Shown: positions 1 to 8,771 of the stretch, piece by piece
Numbering within the stretch: position 1 is the stretch's first letter
Layout of the letters: every line of letters starts with the position of its first letter
Source: an uncultured bacterium
Lineage (GTDB): Bacteria > Acidobacteriota > Aminicenantia > Aminicenantales > Aminicenantaceae
DNA length: 38,254 bases
Assembly: GCA_965373045.1 (NCBI GenBank)
Contig: CBDVEQ010000002.1
Span: 1 to 38,254 of the forward strand
Direction of reading: 5' to 3'
The notes under the pieces: generated by a model
Told to the model about the DNA's origin: nothing
Database searches by the model: none
Seen by the model: only the letters and a program-made list of their open reading frames with translations
Translations under genes and position numbers: made by a program

Positions 1-963
1 CCTTTTCAGCTCCTCTTTTAAAGGGGGAATGACCTGGAAAAGATCTCCTATAACACCAAAATCAGCCATCTTAAGGATCGGAGCATCCGGATCTTTATTG
101 ACCGCAATAATGATTTTTGAAGAAGACATCCCGGCGACATGCTGGATGGCGCCCGAGATCCCAAAAGCCATATAAAGGTTTGGAGAAACTGTCTTTCCGG
201 TTTGCCCAACTTGATTCTGGTGGTCTATCCAACCCGAATCCACGGCAGAACGGGAGGCCCCTACAGCTGAACGGGGGAGAATAGAGGCCAGTTCCCTTAA
301 AAGATCAAAATTTTCCGGACCTTTCATGCCGCGTCCTCCAGATATAAGAATCTCGGCTTCAGTCACATCCAATTCTGAACCTTCTTCCCGTATGATCTCT
401 TTTACCGCATCTTTCACCTGGTCCTCTGTAATCTCAACATCTTTTTTTGCTACCTCTCCTTTAGCATCTAAAGGATTTACAAGAGGAAAAACATTCGGCC
501 GGAGAGTCGCAATCTGAGGAGAGGCCTTGAAGACCATTTTGGCAAATGCCTTTCCTGCAAAGATCGGGCGCACAACAGTTAGCAGGCCGTCCTTTATGCC
601 TGTTTCCGTGCAATCTGTGGCGAGGCCGACATTCAGCCATGCCGCAAGTCTCGGCGCAAGGTCTTTTCCCATCGAACTTGCAGTAAAAAAGAAAACCGTT
701 GGCTTCAATTCCTCCACCAGTTCTTTCAAGGCCCTGGAAAAACCGGAAGGAGAATACTGGCTGAGGAGTGTATTTTCAAGCACATGGACTTTGGTCGCAC
801 CGAATGAAAAACATTCCAGCGCCAATTCGTCAAGTTCATGTCCGATCAGGACAGCATGCAGTTCTGCCCCAAGGTCATCCGCCCGCCTTTTCCCCTCAGA
901 AAGCGCTTCTAGGGAAGACTTCTTAACTTTTCCTTCTCTGACTTCAATGAACACCAATACCAT
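1..963 (-). CDS. etfA: Electron transfer flavoprotein alpha subunit, partial (3' end runs off the left edge)
   Basis: Absent from the ORF track because it is open at the window edge. Reverse-strand translation from the ATG at 963 reads MVLVFIEVREGKVKKSSLEALSEGKRRADDLGAELHAVLIGH and stays open to position 1, passing through ...LRELASILPRSAVGASRSAVDSGWIDHQNQVGQTGKTVSPNLYMAFGISGAIQH (ETF-alpha FAD-binding region). It starts 12 nt after the etfB stop. Confidence 0.9.
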   Translation of the reverse strand, partial: MVLVFIEVREGKVKKSSLEALSEGKRRADDLGAELHAVLIGHELDELALECFSFGATKVHVLENTLLSQYSPSGFSRALKELVEELKPTVFFFTASSMGKDLAPRLAAWLNVGLATDCTETGIKDGLLTVVRPIFAGKAFAKMVFKASPQIATLRPNVFPLVNPLDAKGEVAKKDVEITEDQVKDAVKEIIREEGSELDVTEAEILISGGRGMKGPENFDLLRELASILPRSAVGASRSAVDSGWIDHQNQVGQTGKTVSPNLYMAFGISGAIQHVAGMSSSKIIIAVNKDPDAPILKMADFGVIGDLFQVIPPLKEELKR

Positions 964-975
964 TTTGTTCTCCTT

Positions 976-1758
976 CTAAATGACCTTTGCTTCCTCGTGC
1001 AGGAACTGAGCGAGCTTTTTTGCTGCAGTTTCTGCTTCCCCTTCAAAAACCGTCCCGGCCTTTCTGGGTGGAGGACTTTCCAACTTGACCACTTCCATAA
1101 GCGGTGCCAGTTCATCCGCGCTCATTCCCAGGTCCTCAAGGGTAAGAACCGGGATTTCCTTCCGTTTCGCCATCATGATCCCCTTTAATGTTTCATACCG
1201 GGGTTCGTTCAATCCCTTTTGAGCGCTCAGGACGGCGGGAAGTGAAAACGCGACTTTTTCAGAAGCGCCTTCAATCTCACGGTAAGCCGTACCCTGGTTT
1301 CCCTCGATATCAAGCTTGGTCACAACATTGATCTGAGGGAGATCGAGAAGTTGGGCAACCATGGTCTGGACCTGGCCATTGTCCGCTCCGATAGACAGCC
1401 TGCCGAAAAGGAGCAGATCGTAATCCATAAATTTATCTTTCAAGGCCTTGGCAATAATTTTTGCGGTTCTCAAGCCATCATATGTTTCTGGAGTATCGTC
1501 CTTCAGCAGGACCGCCTCATCCGCTCCCATCGCAAGGCATTTTTTCAGGATGATATTTACTTCGTCAGTGCCTACAGAAAAAACAGTGACTTTGCCTCCG
1601 TGTGCTTCGCGCAGACGGAGTGCTTCCTCGACCGCGTATTCATCATATGGGCTCAGAACAAAATTCAGCCCATCTTCAATTATCTTGTTTGTTTCATGAT
1701 CGATTCTTATTTTTGACTCAGTATCAGGCACTCTTTTAACAAACACAAAAATATTCAT
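976..1758 (-). CDS. etfB: Electron transfer flavoprotein beta subunit
   Basis: 260-aa ORF with an ETF-beta/FixA-like N-terminus (MNIFVFVKRVPDTESKIRID). It lies directly upstream of etfA on the same strand. Confidence 0.92.
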   Translation of the reverse strand: MNIFVFVKRVPDTESKIRIDHETNKIIEDGLNFVLSPYDEYAVEEALRLREAHGGKVTVFSVGTDEVNIILKKCLAMGADEAVLLKDDTPETYDGLRTAKIIAKALKDKFMDYDLLLFGRLSIGADNGQVQTMVAQLLDLPQINVVTKLDIEGNQGTAYREIEGASEKVAFSLPAVLSAQKGLNEPRYETLKGIMMAKRKEIPVLTLEDLGMSADELAPLMEVVKLESPPPRKAGTVFEGEAETAAKKLAQFLHEEAKVI

Positions 1759-1823
1759 GGTGTTCCTCTCCTTCGTAGGAAAAAGTATGATTCCGTTCCT
1801 TTCCGACCTAAAGGCGGAAGACG

Positions 1824-3098
1824 TTATTCTTCAAACTTTTTAAAAACCAGGGTGCCGTTCGTTCCGCCGAACCCGAAGGAATTGCTCATAGCAAACCGGA
1901 TTTCTGCCGGCCTCGCTATATTGGGAACATAATCCAGGTCGCATTCAGGGTCAGGGTTTTCATAATTTATTGTTGGAGGCATGACCTGATTCTTCAGAGT
2001 AAGCGCTAGGATTCCCCCCTCAAGCCCGCCGGCCGCTCCCAGAAGGTGGCCTGACATGGATTTTGTTGAACTGATCCCGGTCTTTTTCACAGAAGCTTTA
2101 AAAAGATTTTTAATGGCAAGAGTTTCAATCTTGTCGTTGTAAAAAGTCGAAGTGCCGTGAGCATTGATGTAATCCAGGTCTTCAGGAACCAGTCCTGCGT
2201 CATCAATCGCATTTTTCATCGCAAGATAGGCGCCATATCCATCTAACCGGGGAGAGGAGACATGAAAAGCATCCCCGCTCATGCCGTATCCGACGATTTC
2301 AGCATAAATGTAGGCTCCGCGTTTCAGAGCGGCTCTCAGTTCCTCAAGTACAAGAATCCCGGACCCTTCTCCGACAATAAATCCATCTCTTTGGGCATCA
2401 AAAGGCCTGGATGCCTTCTCCGGCTCATTATTTCGAGTTGAAAGCGCTCTCATGGCACAAAAGCCGGCAACTCCCAAAGGGGTGATCGGGGCCTCTGCCC
2501 CGCCTGCAAGCATGATATCAGCATCACCTCTTGCTATGATCCTGAAAGAATCTCCGATCGCGTGGGTACCAGTGGAACAAGCGGTTGCAGTTGCGGAATT
2601 GGGGCCTCTGGCTTTGTATATAATGGAGACCTGTCCAGAGGCCTCATTGATGATGGTCGAGATCAAAAAAAAAGGAGACACCCGGCCCGGGCCTTTTTCT
2701 ATAAGAACCTTATGGTTTACCTCGATCGTTCCAATTCCCCCGATCCCGGAACCAATATAAACTCCGGCCCTGTCAGAGTCTAATGATTCGAGAGGGATAG
2801 AAGAATCCTCCACAGCCAGCTTTGCTGCGGCTACGGCGAACTGAATGAAACGATCCATCTTACGGGAATCTTTTCTGTCCATAAAATCGATCGGATCAAA
2901 CGCAGTCGCCTCTCCTGCGATCTTGCTTGAATGTTGGGAAGCATCAAAACGAGTAATAAGGCCGATCCCACTTTTTCCGTTTTTAAGCGTATCCCAGGTT
3001 TGATCTACCCCAATCCCAAGTGCGGAAACAAGGCCTATGCCCGTAACAACAACACGCCGGGCAGGGATGTCTTTTCTTGAAAAATGGACTGTTCCCAT
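1824..3098 (-). CDS. fabF: 3-oxoacyl-ACP synthase II (KAS II)
   Basis: 424 aa. It has [12 protein letters not shown], the active-site Cys context [12 protein letters not shown], His motifs [12 protein letters not shown] and [11 protein letters not shown], and the C-terminal [14 protein letters not shown]. Only one ATG is available; the true start may be a nearby alternative codon. Confidence 0.95.
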   Translation of the reverse strand: MGTVHFSRKDIPARRVVVTGIGLVSALGIGVDQTWDTLKNGKSGIGLITRFDASQHSSKIAGEATAFDPIDFMDRKDSRKMDRFIQFAVAAAKLAVEDSSIPLESLDSDRAGVYIGSGIGGIGTIEVNHKVLIEKGPGRVSPFFLISTIINEASGQVSIIYKARGPNSATATACSTGTHAIGDSFRIIARGDADIMLAGGAEAPITPLGVAGFCAMRALSTRNNEPEKASRPFDAQRDGFIVGEGSGILVLEELRAALKRGAYIYAEIVGYGMSGDAFHVSSPRLDGYGAYLAMKNAIDDAGLVPEDLDYINAHGTSTFYNDKIETLAIKNLFKASVKKTGISSTKSMSGHLLGAAGGLEGGILALTLKNQVMPPTINYENPDPECDLDYVPNIARPAEIRFAMSNSFGFGGTNGTLVFKKFEE

Positions 3099-3114
3099 AA
3101 GAAGATTCTTAAAT

Positions 3115-3360
3115 TTATTTTTTCACGTTGTTCAAAACGTAATCAATCGCCTTGCCGACCGTGGTCAGTTTTTCAGCATCCTCATCAGGAATATCCAGAT
3201 CGAATTCATCTTCCAGCGCCATGACCAGTTCAACCGTATCCAGAGAGTCCGCTCCCAGATCATCAATGAACGATGCCTCTTCTGTGATCTGTTCTTCCCC
3301 GATGCTCAATTTATCAGCGACGATCTCCTTCACCTTTGATAAAAGTTCTTCTCTCTCCAT
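3115..3360 (-). CDS. acpP: Acyl carrier protein
   Basis: 81 aa with the phosphopantetheine attachment motif [19 protein letters not shown]. It sits between fabG and fabF. Confidence 0.96.
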   Translation of the reverse strand: MEREELLSKVKEIVADKLSIGEEQITEEASFIDDLGADSLDTVELVMALEDEFDLDIPDEDAEKLTTVGKAIDYVLNNVKK

Positions 3361-3399
3361 AATTTCCTCCTTGATTTTATAAATCTATCAAAATTCAAT

Positions 3400-4140
3400 C
3401 TACATATACATACCACCGTTCAAATTAAGCACTTGTCCGGTGATATAACCTGCCTCATCTGACAGCAGGAATTTTACTGTCTGCGCCACTTCCTCCGGAT
3501 AGCCGAATCTTTTCATGGGGATGATATCCAGAAACATCTTTCTGGCAGAATCCGGAAGGCTGTCTGTCATAGCAGTAGCGATAAATCCGGGAGCGACAGC
3601 GTTGACTGTAATATTGCGCGCCGCAACTTCTCTGGCAAGCGATTTTGTGAAACCGATAACCCCTGCCTTTGAAGCGGAATAATTAGATTGGCCGGCATTT
3701 CCCATAACACCGACAACCGAAGAAATATTCACAATGCGGCCGTACCTATTCCCCATCATATTTCTGATCACAGCCTTGGAGAGATTAAAGACACCCTTCA
3801 GGTTGACATTCAGAACCGCATCCCATTCTTCCTCTTTCATGCGCATAAGAAGATTATCCCGCGTGATACCGGCATTGTTTACAAGATGATGGACAGTCTT
3901 ATGGGTACTGATGATCTCTTCCACGGCCTGGGTAACCTGCGCAAGGTCAGAAACATCAAAAGAACAAACAGATGCTTTGCCATTATTTTCCCGGATCGTC
4001 CTGGCAACTTCCTCTGCTTTTTCCTTGAGTACGTCCACCAATATGATCTCTGCTCCTTCCTTAGCCAGTTCCAAGGCAATGGCTGCTCCTATTCCCTGTG
4101 AGGCCCCCGTAACTATTGATAATTTGTTCTCAAATAACAT
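3400..4140 (-). CDS. fabG: 3-oxoacyl-ACP reductase (SDR family)
   Basis: 246 aa with the TGASQGIG Rossmann motif, NNAG, the catalytic YSASK, and the typical C-terminal GQVLNLNGGMYM. Fab-cluster context supports the call. Confidence 0.92.
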   Translation of the reverse strand: MLFENKLSIVTGASQGIGAAIALELAKEGAEIILVDVLKEKAEEVARTIRENNGKASVCSFDVSDLAQVTQAVEEIISTHKTVHHLVNNAGITRDNLLMRMKEEEWDAVLNVNLKGVFNLSKAVIRNMMGNRYGRIVNISSVVGVMGNAGQSNYSASKAGVIGFTKSLAREVAARNITVNAVAPGFIATAMTDSLPDSARKMFLDIIPMKRFGYPEEVAQTVKFLLSDEAGYITGQVLNLNGGMYM

Positions 4141-4141
4141 T

Positions 4142-5158
4142 TTAAGCCTTTACCTTTCCAAAACAGCCCGCCTGCTTGGTAATTTCGTTCTCTATTATTT
4201 CTTGGATACGGTTTGAGACGTAGTCCCTGGCCAGTTTTACAGCATTCTTTACGGCTACAGGGCTGGACCGTCCATGCCCGATGATACAGACACCTTTGAG
4301 CCCAAGGAGATGAGCCCCTCCATATTCTGAATAGTCTATCCGTTTGTAGATCTTCTTCAGGTTTCTTTTCATAAGCATGTAACCGATCTTGGCAAACATG
4401 TTTCCCATAATCTCTCTTCTTCCCATGCGGAGCAGCGTATCAAGCACTCCTTCGCTTGCCTTCAGGGCAATATTTCCTGTAAACCCATCACTCACAATGA
4501 TATCGGCTTCTCCTGAATAAAGATCTTTCCCTTCAACATTACCGATGAAATTCAAATAGGGAGCAGAAGAAAGCTGTTTTGATGCCATTTTGGTCAGGGT
4601 GTTTCCTTTAGAACGCTCTTCTCCGATATTCATCAAGGCAATCCGGGGATCTTTCAGTCCAAGGATGTTTTCCATGAAGATCTTTCCCATAACAGCAAAT
4701 TGCACCAGATTACTTGGCGTACAGTTTGCGTTTGCACCTATATCGATCAAAAGAGTCAATCCCCGGAGCGTAGGAACAAGAAGGGAAAGACCGGGTCTCT
4801 CGACCCCGTCCAGCGCGCCCAGTATCTTATTGGAGATATAAACGACCGCCGCCGTATTTCCTGTGCTTACAAAAGCTTCCGCTTCTTTTTCCTTGACGAG
4901 TTGGGTCCCGACCTGGATCGATGTTCTTTTCTTGCGTCTTAAAGACCAAACGCCCTCTCCCATACCGATATATTCCGAGGCATTAACGATCGTCACTTTA
5001 GCATTGGAAGAATCAAAACGATCAAATTCTTTTTTTATCAGTTCCTCAACACCGACAAGAAGGACTTCGATATCCAACTCACGGGCTGCAGATATAGCCC
5101 CTTCTACAATAACACGGGGGCCATAGTCTCCGCCCATGGCATCTACTGCAACTTTCAT
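4142..5158 (-). CDS. plsX: Phosphate acyltransferase PlsX
   Basis: 338 aa with the N-terminus MKVAVDAMGGDYGP, in the classic rpmF-plsX arrangement. The stop lies 1 nt before the fabG ATG. Confidence 0.94.
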   Translation of the reverse strand: MKVAVDAMGGDYGPRVIVEGAISAARELDIEVLLVGVEELIKKEFDRFDSSNAKVTIVNASEYIGMGEGVWSLRRKKRTSIQVGTQLVKEKEAEAFVSTGNTAAVVYISNKILGALDGVERPGLSLLVPTLRGLTLLIDIGANANCTPSNLVQFAVMGKIFMENILGLKDPRIALMNIGEERSKGNTLTKMASKQLSSAPYLNFIGNVEGKDLYSGEADIIVSDGFTGNIALKASEGVLDTLLRMGRREIMGNMFAKIGYMLMKRNLKKIYKRIDYSEYGGAHLLGLKGVCIIGHGRSSPVAVKNAVKLARDYVSNRIQEIIENEITKQAGCFGKVKA

Positions 5159-5170
5159 GATCCACCGTTA

Positions 5171-5353
5171 TCAGGCTTCGCTTCCTTCCTTCACCTGCCG
5201 CCCTTTGTAATACCCGCATTCTGGACAAACCCGATGCGGCAACTTGGGGTTTCCGCAATTTGAACACAGGCTTAGAGACGGAACGTCCAAGGCGTCGTGG
5301 GCCCTTCTTTTATGGGTTCTAGAATGGGAATGTCTTCTTTTTGGGTGAGCCAT
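5171..5353 (-). CDS. rpmF: 50S ribosomal protein L32 (Cys-containing zinc-ribbon form)
   Basis: 60 aa: MAHPKRRHSHSRTHKRRAH followed by CSNCGNPKLPHRVCPECG. The ATG overlaps the yceD stop by 1 nt (TAATG). Confidence 0.95.
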   Translation of the reverse strand: MAHPKRRHSHSRTHKRRAHDALDVPSLSLCSNCGNPKLPHRVCPECGYYKGRQVKEGSEA

Positions 5354-5871
5354 TATCTTTTATCTCTCAAAATATTTTTTAATTTATTAAGACGGGAATT
5401 GGATTCGTTCTCGGAACACGAACACACCCCGTTTTTAACAAGCTTTCCACACACCGGGCAAATGCCCTGACAGCCAGGAGTACACAACGGCTTGATAGGG
5501 AAAGTCAAGTTTAATTGTTCAAGCACGATCTCATAAAGATCGATCTTCCGGCTGTAATAATAATACTGATTGATATCATCGTTTTCCAGTTGATCCTTCA
5601 TGAGGTCCATTTCTTCAGGAAAATAGATCAGATCGAATTTTGAATCCACCGGGAACTCAAAAGGAGACAAGCAGCGGCTGCATACAAAGCTCATTTTTGT
5701 TACTATCCGTCCTTTGATCAGGATCTCTTCTCCAATCTTTTTTATAATCACATCGGCAGTTACCGGGCTGAGAAAAACCGCATTTTCATCCATAAGGTCC
5801 AAGGAAAAAAAATCGTACTCCCTTGTGATTTCCAGTCCTTCTGCCGGCAAACTATCAATATCAATTATCAT
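5353..5871 (-). CDS. yceD: YceD/DUF177 family protein
   Basis: 172 aa with a C-terminal Cys cluster (CTPGCQGICPVCGKLVKNGVCSC) and the conserved position immediately upstream of rpmF-plsX. Confidence 0.85.
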   Translation of the reverse strand: MIIDIDSLPAEGLEITREYDFFSLDLMDENAVFLSPVTADVIIKKIGEEILIKGRIVTKMSFVCSRCLSPFEFPVDSKFDLIYFPEEMDLMKDQLENDDINQYYYYSRKIDLYEIVLEQLNLTFPIKPLCTPGCQGICPVCGKLVKNGVCSCSENESNSRLNKLKNILRDKR

Positions 5872-6075
5872 GGTATCTCCAAATAAGTTTATCCATTATA
5901 ACATTTGAACTTTCTTTGTCAACAATTTATCCCCTTTCTGCTCAATGGCGCTTTCTTGTTTATCTGATTCTTATTCATAGAGTTAGCTGCAATATGGAGG
6001 CGCATTTTAAGACCTTTTCGCGTCTTAAAATTGACGATGACCTTTTCGCAGTATACCATAATGGCCGAGGCAACA

Positions 6076-8751
6076 ATGGAAATCAAACGTCTGTTTCTTA
6101 TCGATGGTTATTCGCTTCTTTACCGTTCTTATTATGCAATAAGAAATCTATCTAATTCCGAAGGGTTTCCCACCAATGCTATCTTCGGTTTTCTCAGCAC
6201 ATTAAAAAAAATAAATGCTCAAGAAAAACCCCATTATCTTGGTATAGTCTTCGATTCCAAAGGCCCGACATTCCGGCATGAACTTTATAAGGGATACAAA
6301 GCCGCTCGAAAGCCCATGCCTGAAGACCTTGTTGTTCAAATCCCGGTTCTAAAAAAAATCATTGGAGCTTTAAATATTCCATCTTTTGAGTATAAAGGCT
6401 ACGAAGCCGATGACATTCTCGGAAGCCTGACAAAATCCGCAGCTAAACATAATATCCAAACTGTCCTGGTATCCACAGACAAAGACCTCTATCAGCTCAT
6501 TGATGATTCGACTGTCATGTTTAACCCGGCAAAAGAGATCTATATCGACAAAAATGAGGTTTTAAAGCTTTTTGGTGCAACACCGGAACAGGTCGTTGAT
6601 GTTCTCACGTTATGGGGTGATTCTTCAGACAATATTCCCGGCGTACCCGGCATTGGAGAAAAAACAGCCAAATCGCTGATCAGCCAGTTCGGATCTCTTG
6701 AAAGACTGTTGAAAGACCCGGATCAGATAAAAAATCCAAAAATCCGAGAAAAAATTAAGGAAAACCAGGGCCTGCTGGAATTGAGTCGCCGACTGGCCAC
6801 CATAGAAAGAGGAATCCCGGTGGAAATTGATCTTGATGCCCTGTCCGTCTCCTCTCCAAATAGGGACAAACTTATTCCCATGTTACAAGAGATGGGTTTT
6901 TTATCCCTGCTCTCAAGCTTTCTGGCCTCTACATCATCAAAGGAGCAGGAGTACAAGGTCATTTTAAAAGAATCTGATCTCAAAACATTGGTTGCCCGGA
7001 TTAAAAAAGAAGGAGTTGTATCCCTGGACACAGAAACGACTAGTTCATTTCCGACTCAGGCCTGCCTTGTAGGGATGTCCTTCTCCATGAAACCTGGCGA
7101 GGCCTTTTATCTTCCTTTAAGACATAACTATAACAAGGCTCCCAAACAGATATCCAAAAACAGAGCCTTTTCTCTTCTTAAAGAGGCCCTAACTTCTCCA
7201 AAAATCAAGAAAATCGGACAAAATATCAAATACGACTACATTGTCCTCAAAAGAGAAGGCCTGGAAATAAAAGGCATTGACCAGGACTCCATGATCCTGT
7301 CCTATCTGTTGGAGCCCAACTGGGGAAGACACGGTCTCAGCAGGCTGGCGGAAACCTATCTTCACGTAAAGGCATCAGCCTACCATGACATTGTAGGCAA
7401 AGGTAAAAATGAAGTTACGATGAATGTCGTTGACATTGCCAAGGCCGCCCCATATGCCTGCCAAGATGCAGATTTTGCTTTGAAAATAACAAGGCTTCTC
7501 TGGCCGAAAATAGAGGAAAAAGGCCTTTCCTCTCTTTACAGGAAGCTTGAACAGCCGCTGATCGAAGTCCTGGCGAATATGGAGATCTGGGGAATAAAAG
7601 TTCAGGCAGAAACCCTGGGCGAATTGTCTACTGAATTAAAAGAAGAAATGGGCTTTCTGCAAAAAAAAATATACAGCATCTGCGGAGAAGAATTCAATCT
7701 CAATTCTCCCCAACAGATGTCGCGAATCCTTTTCGAAAAACTCGGACTTCCGCCTTCCAGAAAAACAAAAACAACAAAAGATTTCTCCACAAATGTAGCC
7801 GTCTTGCAGGAACTTGCCCTGAAACATCCGATCGCTCAATATGCTCTGGAATACAGGCAGCTTGCCAAATTGAAATCCGGATATGCCGACTCTCTGCCCC
7901 GCTTGATCAATCCTGAAACCGGAAGGATCCACACGTCATACAATCAGACGGTAGCCTCAACAGGCCGCCTTTCCAGCAGCGATCCGAATCTTCAAAACAT
8001 CCCAGCAAGAGGAAAAATGGGCCTTCGGTTCAGAAAAGCCTTTATTCCGGAAGAGGGGTTTTTATTTCTTTCGGCAGATTACTCTCAGATTGAACTCCGT
8101 GTGCTTGCCCATCTTTCCAAAGATAGAAATCTTATTGATTCCTTCAAGCAAGGCCGCGATATCCACAAAGAGACAGCAACCCGTGTTTTTGCGGATTCAA
8201 CCGGTCTCTTTGCCGAAGAGGCCCGCAGAAGAGCAAAGATCATCAATTTCAGCATTATTTACGGCACATCGGCCTTCTCTCTTGCCAAAGAGCTGGGTGC
8301 CTCCACAACAGAGGCCCAGGCTTTTATCGATCTCTATTATGAGCAATATCCGGAGATCAAAGAATTCCTCGACCGCATTGTCACAGATGCGGAGGTCAAA
8401 GGATATTCAGAAACACTGTTCGGCAGAATACGCCAGGTTCCTGAGCTGAGGCATCAGAACAGGACTGTACAGCAGGCGGGCCGGCGAATCGCGCTTAATA
8501 CACCCATTCAAGGAACAGCAGCAGACCTGATGAAAAAAGCCATGATCGATATCTGGCGGGAGATCAAGAAGAAAAAACTTCAAACCAGGATGGTCCTTCA
8601 GGTCCATGACGAGCTTGTCTTTGAAGTTCCCGATGCAGAACAAAAGATCATGGAAACTCTGGCAAAGACAAGAATGGAAGAAGTGTATCCTCTGGATGTT
8701 CCGCTTAAGGTTCACCTGGGCTGGGGAGTGAACTGGGCAGAAGCCAAATAA
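6076..8751 (+). CDS. polA: DNA polymerase I with 5'-3' exo, 3'-5' exo and polymerase domains
   Basis: The ORF opens at 6031. I prefer the ATG at 6076 (MEIKRLFLIDGYSLLYRSYYA, GAGG 7 nt upstream). Exo motifs are VSLDTETTS, NIKYDYIVL and YACQDADFALK. Polymerase motifs are LSADYSQIELRVLAH, RRRAKIINFSIIYG and QVHDELVFEV. Confidence 0.95.
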   Translation: MEIKRLFLIDGYSLLYRSYYAIRNLSNSEGFPTNAIFGFLSTLKKINAQEKPHYLGIVFDSKGPTFRHELYKGYKAARKPMPEDLVVQIPVLKKIIGALNIPSFEYKGYEADDILGSLTKSAAKHNIQTVLVSTDKDLYQLIDDSTVMFNPAKEIYIDKNEVLKLFGATPEQVVDVLTLWGDSSDNIPGVPGIGEKTAKSLISQFGSLERLLKDPDQIKNPKIREKIKENQGLLELSRRLATIERGIPVEIDLDALSVSSPNRDKLIPMLQEMGFLSLLSSFLASTSSKEQEYKVILKESDLKTLVARIKKEGVVSLDTETTSSFPTQACLVGMSFSMKPGEAFYLPLRHNYNKAPKQISKNRAFSLLKEALTSPKIKKIGQNIKYDYIVLKREGLEIKGIDQDSMILSYLLEPNWGRHGLSRLAETYLHVKASAYHDIVGKGKNEVTMNVVDIAKAAPYACQDADFALKITRLLWPKIEEKGLSSLYRKLEQPLIEVLANMEIWGIKVQAETLGELSTELKEEMGFLQKKIYSICGEEFNLNSPQQMSRILFEKLGLPPSRKTKTTKDFSTNVAVLQELALKHPIAQYALEYRQLAKLKSGYADSLPRLINPETGRIHTSYNQTVASTGRLSSSDPNLQNIPARGKMGLRFRKAFIPEEGFLFLSADYSQIELRVLAHLSKDRNLIDSFKQGRDIHKETATRVFADSTGLFAEEARRRAKIINFSIIYGTSAFSLAKELGASTTEAQAFIDLYYEQYPEIKEFLDRIVTDAEVKGYSETLFGRIRQVPELRHQNRTVQQAGRRIALNTPIQGTAADLMKKAMIDIWREIKKKKLQTRMVLQVHDELVFEVPDAEQKIMETLAKTRMEEVYPLDVPLKVHLGWGVNWAEAK

Positions 8752-8766
8752 CCTGGATTATTCAGG
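8752..8766 (+). repeat. CCTGRATTATTCA 3'-end motif copy (near-palindromic)
   Basis: CCTGGATTATTCAGG begins at the nucleotide after the polA stop, in the 20-bp convergent spacer. It shares 13 nt with the reverse complement of 16356..16368. Confidence 0.6.
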
Positions 8767-8771
8767 AGAGA

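Noticed and set aside
527-979. 150-aa plus-strand ORF (and 326..517) at the left edge
   Set aside because: It lies antisense to a clearly readable etfA frame (open from 963 to position 1). Its sequence is low-complexity and Ser/Ala/Pro-rich with no motif. It is a shadow ORF.
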